Shown here: in pieces, positions 50,912 to 64,000 of the stretch
Position numbering within the stretch: the stretch's first letter is position 1
How the letters are laid out: each line of letters starts with the position of its first letter
NCBI GenBank assembly: GCA_025786725.1
Contig: JAHLTZ010000013.1
Location: forward strand, 186,001-250,000
DNA from: Syncephalis fuscata S228
Lineage: Eukaryota; Fungi; Zoopagomycota
Reading direction: 5' to 3'
Length of the DNA: 64,000 nt
Notes under the pieces: model-generated
Seen by the model: the letters and a program-made list of their open reading frames with translations, nothing else
The model's database searches: none
Told to the model about the DNA's origin: nothing
Made by a program: the position numbers and the translations under genes

Positions 50912-52208
50912 ATGAAATTAAAAATATTTCGACGCAAGAATGAAAATACTGCTGATGAACCTTTATCGCCTGATCCATCCACCAGTGTTGAAAGAGACAA
51001 TTTACATCAAAGCTCGTTTGCACAGAACACTGGTAGATTAAAATGGCATCAAGCATCTAAAAAAGTATACAGAAAAATCTTGTCTATCAAAAATATAATC
51101 TTTAAACAAAAAACGCAACAAAATACTGCGACACTCAATAGTAACAATATCAGACCGGATACATCCGATAGTATATTAGAAACAACAAAGGACGCAACAA
51201 CAAGCAATAGCATTCGTGCCATTAAGGAGGAAACAGATGAAAGCATTTCTACTATCAAACAATATTCTATAGAAGAAGCCAGCATTCAACAGTCAACGAG
51301 TCGTTTGACTGCTGATGTACCGCAAGCAGAAACAGTAGCTAAAAGTGCCAATGCCATTCAGAGCAATGATAAAAGAGATTCAGTAACTAAGGGGACAACT
51401 ACTGATATAATCAAAATTGAAGAAGCCACTGAGCCAGTTATTGTTCAAGATAATGATAATGCTGAGCCGACAGTTCAGGATAACCTGCTGACACAAGCAA
51501 TTATTGAATCTGGTAATATTCATTTAAACATTGTTTAAAAATATTTATTTGTTTTAGAACCTATACCAGAATCTAGTGATAAATCTAATAATGATAAAGA
51601 TAACATTATTGCAGCTATACCTGGTCAAATTGGTAAGAAGAATTAACACTTATAGCTATAAAATTAAACGAATAATTAATAGAGATTAAAGAAGAGTCCA
51701 CAAGTGAACCAATAGTCCATGATGTCGAAAGACTAATTGATATTCAACCACCAGCTAGTTATGAAAATACTGAGTACTACACAATTATCCAGTCATTCCT
51801 CGTAAGCGAAACATCAAGTTTAAACGAGCCACAGACCTGCCGTGTTCCAGCCAATTCCGCAATTGTAAGCTACAGTTTATACAGTTTAATGTAATAATAG
51901 CACTAACAACAATAATAATAACGCTATATTTTAATCATTACAGACTGAGTCTAGTGCTGATGAAAAGGACAAAGTTCCATCAATGCTTACAACTCAAGTT
52001 GAACCAGAAAGTAACACATCTGACCATTTAAATACAATTAAACTCTTAACAACAGCAGGAAATATTGAAGGTATTTGGTTATTGCTGGCAATGTATGCGG
52101 AATATTTGCAAATGGCAATTTCTTGTCTTTTTTGACAAATAGGATATCAATATTAATACGTATAATGTCCATTTAGATGCCCCTGGTGGTTTTGGATCCA
52201 AAGGTTAA
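50912..52208 (+). CDS. Hypothetical acidic low-complexity protein, multi-exon (3' end uncertain)
   Basis: Long open first exon from ATG 50912, followed by short GT-AG-linked exons with similar EP..Q/E-rich repeats. Confidence 0.5.
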
Positions 52209-54973
52209 CTAGAGTTCGGTTTAATAAATCTATGGCAAGTAATTATTAAATAATATATATCTATGATTTATTAATTGGTCCCAATGCTATACTTTATATA
52301 GAATAATACAAATGACTAAAATAAGCTATCAATTGCTTTATTGCCCATAGCATTTTATAAACATCCACCCATCAGTAAATCTGTTTTTAATATCTTAGTT
52401 CACTGTTTATACGCTTTGTTTTTAGCATGGTATTCAATTAACAATAATTGTTTCACTATTAAAAAATAATACTTTAGCACCATACTAACCATAATATTTT
52501 AATTAATTATCTATAGACAGGTATGGTATTGCTATTTGGTCAATCAAACAATAATTATGCTAAGGCTATGCATATACAAATGCAACTAATTAAATAGTGC
52601 AACTATCAATCATTAATACAACCAAATAGATAGATAAATAAACCACGCTTAAACATTTAGACATTAATAAAAATTGATTGTAGAATATTAATCAAAGTGC
52701 TAAATATTTTTTATCTCTGTTTACCATATGAATGAACAAACAAAGGAATCGTATTTAAACTAATATCGTTATTTAAATAGACAATATCATTGTTTATGGT
52801 GTGTACAACTTGTATAGCAGACGGTATACACAGGTGAATAGGTGGCTGGTTGCAGTGGCGTGCTTGAACTCAAAGTGTTTATATGCTGAACTGGCTACAT
52901 AATGCCGATGCCTCGGTTTACAGACATGCCAGTAATCATACACCAACCTATATACACGGTAGTGACAGTTAAAAAGTAGGCTTTGCCTGTGTGTGGGCAT
53001 ATAAAAAGGGAAAGATGTCCACGTATCAAAATCACCAATAATATTAAATGGTACATAACATGCTAACGATTAATTTTTATTTAAAGTCAGATAGCCAAAT
53101 TAAGTAATATTCGCGTAATTGAACTAGCATTGTTCTACTGAACGCGGAACTGAGTGGTGAGTGACATCAATGAGCAAAATATAATATTTTGAATACTCTG
53201 CAGCAACAAAAACACTATTATTAATATCATTTATTTATATATTAATTATACTATTATAATAAATCATAATAAATATCAATCTAATATTAACTTACCATTT
53301 AATACGACTATATATGTTAGCACATGTACTAGCATATAACGCACAGCGTCATGACTTTTTGGTAGTTAGCAATTTAGTACTGCATACAGTCTATATGCTG
53401 TCAAAGCTATTGTATACTCTAGTTTGCCATAGATAACCAATACAGCCATCGGCTGGCTGCTGTAAATATATGGTAGTGGTAACAGTTGTAAATTGCACTG
53501 CTGTACTATCATTAAAAACGTGCTCTGCTACTGTATTAGCATTGCAATCTATTACTATTGCTACTGTATGCATACAATGGCAATAAATGATGACTATAAT
53601 GGCTATATGCCACCAAATCGGTTATATGCATTGATTTACTATGTATCGCTAGTTCAGATCATGTTAGCAGCATATTATAGTGTGTGTAGTAGCAGATCGC
53701 ACTGTTATTGTTGAAATTGCAGATCTGTTGCCAGATGACTTATAAATGCAGTCTATAGTAAAAATGAAGCATAAAATGAGATTCTAACAGCACATGCTCA
53801 ATATAACATAAACACAAGCCAGAAAAGCACTTACCGTGTCAAATAAACTGCCGACACCAATGACTAGAGCAATGAAAGTGATTTGTAAAAATAGTAAGAT
53901 TACAAAAGAGCAATGCAAGTACATAGTGTAGAAGGTGTTTGTACTTGACTAGTAGTCAGTCAGCTACTGAACTATCTAGTTAGCATATATGAGTGTACAA
54001 TATATGCAATGGATATATGTTGTCAAGTGTGAAGAAAGAGAAAGGAAATGTGATGACGTAGATTGTGAGATGTGAGCCTGTCAGTCAATATTTATAAACA
54101 GCCGAGTTAATTGATTAATAAATGGAGTGTAAATAATAAAAGTCAATTACCCAACATGTCGTACATATAGAACAAGTGAAGCAATAATGCATTAAAAATA
54201 AAAGTCATTTGACACCAAAACTACTCATTATCATAGAATATGTAATAAAAAGATAATTGCCATTTAACATCAAGTGTCATTATTATAAGCATCTGTCAAT
54301 AGAACAATAAGTGTAATAAAAAGAATAGATAACAGACAATGAAGACGAACATAATCATATAACAATATCACCAATAAAATAATGACTGTAATAAACAAAT
54401 ATGATTATAAAACATGTCATTAATAGAGTAATCAGTGTAGTAAGAAGAATGGATGTTATTTGACATCAACAGCTAGTATCATAGATGCATACTGACAGTA
54501 AACAATAGGCGTTAGATATCCAGTATATAAGCAACAGCTTCTATTACATGTTAAATAAAATGTTGTAAATAATTTACTTTAAACTATACATTTGTAAATT
54601 TAAGCAAAAGACATTTTGTATGTACGACTTATATAAATCTTTTTATATCTTTCAGATATTTATTATTGTTATGATTCGTTCAGTAACAAACAGATTCAAA
54701 AGGCAATGTATTGTAATCAGACAATTGTGCGCTGTTTTGTATAGATACTAGTATAACAAGTGTATATCAGCTAGGAAAAACATGTCATGCTAGCATCTAA
54801 TGCTACTGTATAATTGGCGTAAACAAACAAGATAGGAGAGGAAGGAAAATAGATAAAAAGGCTACTGTTTCGCCACAACAACCGTGGCCGGCATAAACTA
54901 GCTGTGCCGAACAATATATGGTGTACACGAAAGATGCAGAAAGGATGAGGGCGTGCTGCTACTGCAGCTACGC

Positions 54974-56548
54974 TTATTTTGGAGCACAAATATCTGTGTG
55001 GGCAGCTTCGGGATCGGCGAAGCTCTTGGCAGTGATGTAAGTACCGTAGATCATCACAGCGGTACCGAATACGACCAAGGCCAAATCGGCAATACGAGCA
55101 GTACGTGTGCGGGCCACAGCACGGTAGTGGAAGATAGGTGGGTAGATGAAGCAGAGTGGAATACAGGCAAAGTTACCAATAAGCGAGACGAATTTGTCGA
55201 GTTCGGATGAGCCAGCCCAAGCGATAGCAATGCATACGAGCACAATACCGGTACGGAAGGCGTTCTTGGACCACTTCCACTTGTGGGAGATGGCACCGGA
55301 ACGATTGAGACCAAACGAACCCTTTTCAAGAATGGTAATAGCCGGGAACATCTGTAGCGGTACCGAGAGCAGAATAGCAATCGCATACAAGATTTGCAAT
55401 GTCTGTACAATTGGGTTCATTTGACCAAGATTGTTGGTGATGGGGCCTTCAACGGCGTCACCAAGAGCAGCGTAGGAAATGGAGCCGACACCAACAAACA
55501 AAGAGTAGACACAGTCAAAGTAATGGCCAACACACGGGGGAACTTTTGTGGCTCCTTCATGGCTTCAACAATTGGAATAACCAAGCCGATACCTTCGTAG
55601 CTATAGACAGCAGTACCAATGAAAAGAGCAAAGTGCTGAGTGTTCAATGATTGCACAGTAGGAGCAACGCCCTTTGATACAAGAATGCTGATGTCAAAGT
55701 ACAGAATGTACACAATACCAAACAACATGAAGAGCTCGGCCATCAAGGAAGCAAAGCCGAGTCGTTCAATGCGACGGATCAATGCGAATGGAACAAGTAC
55801 GGCAAGTTGTGCACAGATAAATACCGGCACTGATACGATGGCACTACAATGAGATAGTGACTTGGTTACTGCTTGTAGCGTATCGGCAATGAAGATGATA
55901 TAGGCGCAAGAGAAACCGATTTGCGAAATAGCAATCGAGAACTGGACAACCATGCGCATATAACGGCCATACAATTTATCGGCAATTTCACCAAAACTAC
56001 CACCACTGGCTGCACCAGTATTGCCTTCGGAGGCCAAAACGGCTTCACGACTGCGTACCAACAGCATATAGGAGTAGTAGGAAAGGACACCAACAAACAC
56101 CATAAGGACAATAGAGAACCACATACCGCCGTTATCGAAGGCCTTGGGCAAAAAAAGAATACCAGTGCCGACAAACGCCTTTACCAGCATGAAGACGGCA
56201 CGCGTGACCGAGGCAGTACCAGCCTGGTGGTGGGCCTCCGCCATGGCCATCTCTTTAAAAGAGGATACATCGCTGTGGCGTGTTGATTCTCTGATAGGTG
56301 TTTCACCACCAAAACGGCCATAAGTATCGGCCAAATCATCGCCCAATGAACGTCGTCTAAATAAATAAATTATTAATAAAATTATTAGTAAATCATTAAT
56401 AAAATCACTGATAACAATAATAACATTTATATCATCTATTATTATATTTATAATAATAGTAACACAATATCGACATGTAAATTACTCATCATAATACTTA
56501 CGGTTCAATAGGCGATGCCTTTTCCAATGGGTGTTTGTCATAAGTCAT
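54974..56548 (-). CDS. AAAP-family amino-acid transporter (AVT3/AVT4-like); 1-nt deletion near 55500
   Basis: LVKAFVGTGILFLPKAFDNGG, SQIGFSCAYIIF, IGTAVYSYEGIGLVIPI, LSVPLQMFPA, LDKFVSLIGNFACIPLCFIYPP. Exon 1 starts at ATG 56548. Confidence 0.9.
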
Positions 56549-59500
56549 GATGAAAGGTCACAAAAAAGCTAGCTTGTAATACAGCTTTTGCAAACGACAA
56601 CAATGATAGTAGCAGTGACAGGAGAGGTGGTAGAGGAAATGGTAGTAGTTATAGCAGATGACAATGGAGGTACAGTAATAGGTAATGGAGAGAAAGTGTT
56701 GCAGATGTGCTGTGCTGTGTTAATGGTGGGGGGGAACGCGATACGTGAGAATGTCAAAGGACGAGAGTAAAGCGGGAACAAGGTGTATATATATATATGT
56801 AGAGCGGTATATATATTGTAGTGAACCGAGCCGGTTTAGCGTGAGAAACTAGTTTGCCGGAAAAGCAAAAACTTTCCACAGTGCTATAGCTTATAGTTAT
56901 TTGTCGTCAGGACCAAAGGTAGCTTGGTGTGTTCAAGTTCGTATTGGCTATAAGTGGTATAAATTCGTTAGTAAGAAAACCAGTTAAAAAGCGAGAAAAC
57001 TCAAAACAAAGGGCAGCGCGTGGTAGTGGAAAACAGGGTAAACGCGAGTTTTAGCGCGACAATTTGTTAAAAACTTGTTATTTCGTTATCGTTAATGGAA
57101 AAAGTCAATAGATAGAAGGAAAGAAGAAAAGTGTAATGGAAGGAGGGAGGGAAATGTGAAACGGCGAAATAGGCAAGGAGATGTTGATTGCCATAGTAGA
57201 ACCGGTCACATTAAATTAACCGTTATATTTATATAGGCAAATTGCCGTGCCGCCACATTATTCGCGTGGAAAAAAAACTGGACTAATAGAACAATCACAC
57301 GTATAATAGAAAGGCAACAACCATGAGTGCAGCTATGAAATTACACAATGGATTACTCCGTATCTCCATTTAGACACGAATAAGACGTAGGTTTAATTGC
57401 TTTGACAATCTATAAGAGGAAAAGCGAGTATCTATACACGGCAACAAGGAACAAACAGCCGATGGACATGTGACATATTGCAACGCAAAAATTTGATAGA
57501 TAATAAAGACATGTACAAAACAGGAAAGACAATAAAGCAACATATATATGCACGCCAATACCTACCTTGAAGGGAACTGTGTGCAGGGTAATAATCAATG
57601 TAGGACAAGCACGGTAGAGTAAGCAAGATAGAAACAATGTACGAAGGAGAACCACTGTGGCTTTGATGCCAAGCAAGCGTGGGATGTTATGAGTAATGAA
57701 GATAGAGTGGGGAGCAGTAAAATATATTGAAAGAGTAATGATCGTTAGCGTTAATCGTCAATATTTGAGTGTGTTGATGTAGCGTTGTTGTTTTGTTTGT
57801 GTTGTCGTTGTTTCGTCTCAAGTGAATACGTGTGAGTGAGGTGTGTGTGAGTAAAGTTGAGTGGAAGAGTGAACGAACGGATTGACTGGGATTGAAATCA
57901 ATAAGCCAAAGTGAGAATGTAGGAAGTTGGCAAGGTAGAAAGGGGATAGAGAAAAGCGGCAAAGTTAAACGGCGGCAACAAGCAGATAGATAAAAGGAGA
58001 AATGATATGGATAGTTGGTAGTTGTGTAGAACAGGTGGGTTGCCTTGGAGAAAGCATAGGATATATAGTTGTAAGTCATCATGTGGTAGGTGTGCATTTT
58101 TGCACAGCCACGGTTACAATAATATGTGTGTCACTCCTAAGATGGAGACATCGTATCACATCGACACATTGCGCATTCTCCATCCTCGTCGCTGGAATGA
58201 ATGAATGAGAACCACATGTAGCGATTTGCTCTAAACAGTAGAGGCATCGCCGAATACAGCACAATAAGCATGCCATTCGTTGGCCTTTATCGCCCCTATC
58301 CAAGCTTCAGACCTATAGATCGTCGTCGGTCATTCTTATCCGCGCGTGATGCATGTCCTCGTGCCCCGCGCTATTTGCCGCACTATTTTCGGCAATCAAT
58401 AGGGAATCATACTTTCTACGTCACGGAGCACTGTTACGGATAAAGCAGCACACCACGTGCGTACAAGTAGCAGTTGGGTTTTAACATGGCGCTTATTTGC
58501 GCGATAGGAACAAACAAACAAACAAGTAAACAAGTAACAATGACTGGCTTAAACGGAATGTGAATCCTAAACGGTATTTGTTTTACTTATGATCACTAGA
58601 CGACCGGCCATCTGCATTCCAAACGACAATAATCATAACAATAAATTACTATTTGCCTGCATCAAAGACTCCTAACCAAGGAGAAGGGCCTGTCTGTATC
58701 ATCACTATTGCTACAGAATGTTGTTGGGGCAAGTTCAGGATGGCTAAAGATAGACCGTTAACAAGGAAAATACCATTATAAAACTTGTCCAATCATCATT
58801 TTGATCACATTGCTTGCAGCCATGATGGTCGTAAAATGTAATAAAACGTGTTCCATTGCCTTATTGGGCAGTGAAAAAATGACCTCAAGGTACTCAATAT
58901 AGCAAATGGGCACGAGGTAGCAAGAACATATCTGGTGATTGTAACATGACCATTTATTATTGCCTTTAAAGGTACTCTCTCTATGTAGATAGAATAGACT
59001 AGCCAAATAGCCACAAGACAATTGCTATTACGATGATCATCGTCATAGCAGCACTGATAGTGATAATACAAAGTTAGGTATGATGCTACCATAATTGTAA
59101 CTAATAACCGATGACCTGTTACCACGACTATAACGTATTTTACCATTGATGTCACGGTGATGCCATTGGACTTGCAATAATATGAATTCAGGTTTTATTT
59201 TAATATGGATTCAAACTGCTGCAAGACATTGCCAGACTACAGGTGAGATGCTAGCAATAGTGTTAGTGTGGTGGTGTGGCACTAGTAATTAGTGCCTGTG
59301 ATCGGACTGTGAACTTCATATTTCAAAAATAATGTAACACGTTGTATCATCGGCTGGACATGGAAAGTTTCACATGGCAAGGCTGTACAATTCATAGCTT
59401 AATTTAGGAAATAATCTAATAAACAACATTTTTATTATTATTTAATAGTGATAATTGTAGTGAAAACAACACTAATACTATTGATATTAATATTAATTGC

Positions 59501-59549
59501 AATTATAATAAAATAGTGATTTATTGAATGAATCAAAATACGCCTAGCG

Positions 59550-60608
<1,059 letters not shown>

Positions 60609-60741
60609 CGCTACTATGTTAGACTATAATAAACCAAGTTTCTTTTAATTTAACTAGTGGATTTGTCAAATACAAAAACAAAGAATATTTTTACGATCAA
60701 AGGTAAATAAATTGCAATTGATTGCAAAGAAATATAACCAT

Positions 60742-60747
60742 ACGCGT
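60742..60747. promoter_or_regulatory. MCB-like element ACGCGT in the TS/Csm1 divergent promoter
   Basis: Exact MluI box in a very AT-rich 341-bp intergenic region. Confidence 0.5.
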
Positions 60748-60949
60748 AAATAGAATGGAAAATAAGTAATATCAATAGTAATCTACTAATAATGTTATTA
60801 ATAATGATAATAATAGATTTAATACACTCTATCGACTACACTTCTCTCTTTTTGTTTACTTTAAGCTTTTTATGCTTGTTTGTTGGTCAGCCTTTGTTTA
60901 AACACCGATCTGACTGTCGTTTCTTCTCTAGTTTACTTGCGCGTCTATT

Positions 60950-62502
60950 ATGCCTCAAAACGACTTGAATAGCAATCCTGGCGAGGAGAATGTGTTTGTA
61001 GAAAAGGTAATTGCATTGATTTGTGTACTAGTCTTAGTCTTTACCTACTTACAATAACGCGTATATAATAGCGAAGTCGTGGTCGTCCACGCAAGGGCGA
61101 GAAACGTCCCGCGAAACGACCACCCGGTATGTTTAGTAGAAATACTACTATTTTTAATTTAAAAATATAATGGCTCTAACTAGTCGGCGGTGCAGTTAAA
61201 AGAATGAAGGCCACAGCTCCAAGCAGTACATGGTTAAAAACAAACCAAGAGCTGTCAAGTAGCCGGTCAAATAGCAAAGATCTAGTATTGGATAATGACA
61301 TGGATATGCTAGATATGGATACAGATATGACAGGATACACTGGACAGAATGGATTGGAAACAATGGATGTCTCTGATACTGTCGAAAAACGACCTAAGCG
61401 AGCCTTGACACAAAAGCCAAGTGAAAGTAAAGCATTGCAAGGTATGAAATTAGCATACCAATTTAATGACAACTAATTAAAAGTACAATAATAAATATGA
61501 ATTAATGTTAAAAGACAATACTACAAAATCCAGCTATAAAACACGATCATCTTTAGGAACAGCTGGTGAAATGGATATATCCTTTGAAACCTCTGACTTG
61601 ACAAAACCATGGCTTTCTATGAACATTGAAGAGGTAAATCATTAAACATATAATTAAATGGATTTATTACTAATTGTGCGGTAGCTACGTCAATCATACA
61701 CCAAACTGCATTCACGTCATCATAAACTGCGTGAATTAAGAGAAACGGAAGCGGAAAAGTTATTACAACGCTACAAGAAAAGTATGGAAGCAGAGATGAC
61801 AGGCAAGTAGACAAATAAAGTAATAATGATATATAATACTAATTAATACGGTATAGCAATGTCAGATCAGCTAAAATTACTTCAAGAAGAGAATCAACAT
61901 TTACAACAGGTTGGATTAACACACCAGAAGCAATGAATCAGAAAGAGGGGACAACGGGCATCAAACAACACCAAAGAATAATAAATTAAGTAAGTTCTGA
62001 TTTATATTAATAATAACAAATACCAACCAACTGTTACTATTCAATAGTTGCAGAGCTTAAGGAAGAGCTTAAATCGGCCAAGGAACGAGAACAAGACTAT
62101 ATTGATCAATTGGAACAGTTACAATCAAGTGAACTTTTGGAACTATATTCAAAGTTAACTGGTGCAGTTATTACACGCCAAACAACAGAAGATCCACGGG
62201 ATATAGTATTTGACTTTGTGCACGAAGGTCGTAATGGAGGTAAGTTGGCATTAGTAGATAAATAACAAATAATTAATAAACTGTAATTAGTTATTCAATA
62301 TCGACTAATATTCTCGCTTGAAGATGAAGATATTGAATTTATGCCGACCATGGATGCAGAAAGTGATCCAGAAATGTGGAGTCGTTTGCCAGAATTTATG
62401 CGTGAACCTCTTTTATTTAACCAAGAAGAGCTATCGATGTTCTTTTGGCGAGTCAGTAACCATTTGAATCATCAGCATAAATCAAAGCGTCCCGTAGTCT
62501 AA
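60950..62502 (+). CDS. Monopolin subunit Csm1/Pcs1-like with N-terminal AT-hook, multi-exon
   Basis: RGRPRK, coiled coil LRETEAEKLL, and C-terminal ELYSKLTG...FDFVHEGRNG...LPEFMREPLLF...FFWRV. Confidence 0.75.
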
Positions 62503-62702
62503 TACAAACATATCACTACTGTGTTTGTTTATCTAGTTTTTTGTGGTTATTATTGTTGTTAATATTAATGATAATGACATGGCCATTAGTTTATTAGTAA
62601 TATTACATTTTTACTGAAACGACTAATGCTACATTAATTAATGATTACATGTCAATTGTATATTTATGGCTAAATAGTTGTCACTTTTTACTAATAATGT
62701 GC

Positions 62703-63464
62703 TTAATTTTTAACAGCATTATTAATAAGCAATATTTTCGTGCCCGTGGTTGATACGCAGGCCATAAAGTGGCCATACTTAAAGTGTGCTTCAATTTTCC
62801 ATGCGGGTACAACTTGACCGGTTTCTATGTGTACATAGGCTGGTGTAATGATAACCGACTTTGTAGTAAGAGGGGCATTGAGTAGATGATAGTGCTGTTG
62901 TTGCTTCTTCTTTTTGTCTTGTACCATAATCTCTGTTAGATCACTGTTAGACGCAGGAACATTGATGTGCTTGGCCATTATTTGATATGCTTCTTTTGGC
63001 CTAATGTAATTGGCTACGGCGTGAGGACTCCAAGCCGAAACACCATCGATATTATGGCTAAAACTGTCGCTATAATTGATAACCTTGTTTTCAGCATCAA
63101 GATTTACGTTAATATCACCGTTGAATACTTCAACGCCGTGAATTTGTTGCTTAAGATAAAAATGGGCCATAAACGGCATTTTGGACTCATATTCATTAAC
63201 AATGATATAATCTCCCTTTGCCACATTAAGCTTTTGTTCAACAAACTTACTCATGGAATCCTTAGGAGTATCTTGTTTTAATGACGGTTGCATATTGTAT
63301 TCCTCAAGCATTTTAGACATAAAACTAAACTCGGCAACTTGCGGTACATTCACATAGATCGGCTTAGTAGACAAATAATCTTCATTTTCAGGCTGAACAC
63401 TACTACCTATTGCCAGGGCAGCAAGGGTAATTGTACCAATGATAGTAGAAAATCTAAAAAACAT
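62703..63464 (-). CDS. Secreted fungalysin (M36) propeptide-only protein (FTP domain), no catalytic domain
   Basis: Signal peptide, HFYLKQQIHGVEVFNGDINVNLD...VINYSDSF, and VPAWKIE...MACVS. Stops where the mature enzyme would begin. No HEXXH. Confidence 0.8.
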   Translation of the reverse strand: MFFRFSTIIGTITLAALAIGSSVQPENEDYLSTKPIYVNVPQVAEFSFMSKMLEEYNMQPSLKQDTPKDSMSKFVEQKLNVAKGDYIIVNEYESKMPFMAHFYLKQQIHGVEVFNGDINVNLDAENKVINYSDSFSHNIDGVSAWSPHAVANYIRPKEAYQIMAKHINVPASNSDLTEIMVQDKKKKQQQHYHLLNAPLTTKSVIITPAYVHIETGQVVPAWKIEAHFKYGHFMACVSTTGTKILLINNAVKN

Positions 63465-63939
63465 CTTAATCCGTAATCAATTGATACGAATGGCGATTAA
63501 ATGATAGTTGCAAAACTGAAGATAACAAAAGCAAGAACAACAACAACAATAAAGCTATTTAGAATCAATTGAAGTAAAAATTGAATAAATTCGTTACAGT
63601 GTATTGAATAGAGGAGAGATACAGAGGTACAATTGAACGAAAAACAATTCGTTTTAAATACATCAATCAATCTCCGAAGACATAAGTATCACCATCTGAA
63701 ACAAGTTAATATTTTTGGCAAATGACATGTTATCAACGTGTATATTGGATTTCAAATGGGCAATTGGGACACATGGCGATCACGTTGTATCTGAATAGTG
63801 CACGGCGATTGAATAAGTGATTTACCGAGATATTTCGTATTTTAGTAATAACGTCTATTGTATAGGTAAATACCTGATTATAATACATATAAATTCGATA
63901 AGATTATTAATATAACCATTTAACAATTAATAGAAACAG

Positions 63940-63963
63940 TAATAATAATAATAATAATAATAA
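63940..63963. repeat. (TAA)8 microsatellite
   Basis: Direct reading. Confidence 0.9.
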
Positions 63964-64000
63964 ATGTAATGTCTATAGATATAATTACGAATAGAATACG

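Noticed and set aside
56560-59500. Many short ORFs and scattered splice-like signals
   Set aside because: No coherent protein could be assembled. More consistent with long UTR/promoter DNA of the transporter or decayed sequence.

Overview
This is AT-rich, intron-rich eukaryotic nuclear DNA from an early-diverging fungus. Gene content (secreted kinase-like proteins, M36 propeptide, divergent F-box) suggests a Zoopagomycota mycoparasite such as Syncephalis, but that is inference. Housekeeping genes: two mitochondrial PDK/BCKDK-family kinases, RPC4, RRP41, a DAO-type FAD oxidoreductase, VCX1, a TRIC-like channel, a Nup49/Nup58-like nucleoporin, a TCERG1-like WW/FF protein, PHF5A/RDS3 (missed by the ORF track), an AVT3/4-type amino-acid transporter, thymidylate synthase and a Csm1/Pcs1 monopolin subunit. 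A 12.7-kb block (10602-23280) holds three LTR retrotransposons: a 5'-truncated Ty1/copia, a complete chromovirus with near-identical TG..TA LTRs and no TSD, and a 5'-truncated Ty3/gypsy. It joins the 5' halves of two different broken host genes, so it looks like a TE-mediated rearrangement junction or an assembly chimera. Both gypsy elements carry clear -1 frameshift signals. The main candidate new biology is (i) a family of signal-peptide-bearing, catalytically degenerate kinase-fold proteins (4 loci) sharing a CCATGC...TATAAA promoter layout, (ii) a stand-alone secreted fungalysin (M36) propeptide, and (iii) a PDK paralogue lacking the N-box Asn. Many single-copy genes carry small frameshifts that look like long-read consensus errors.
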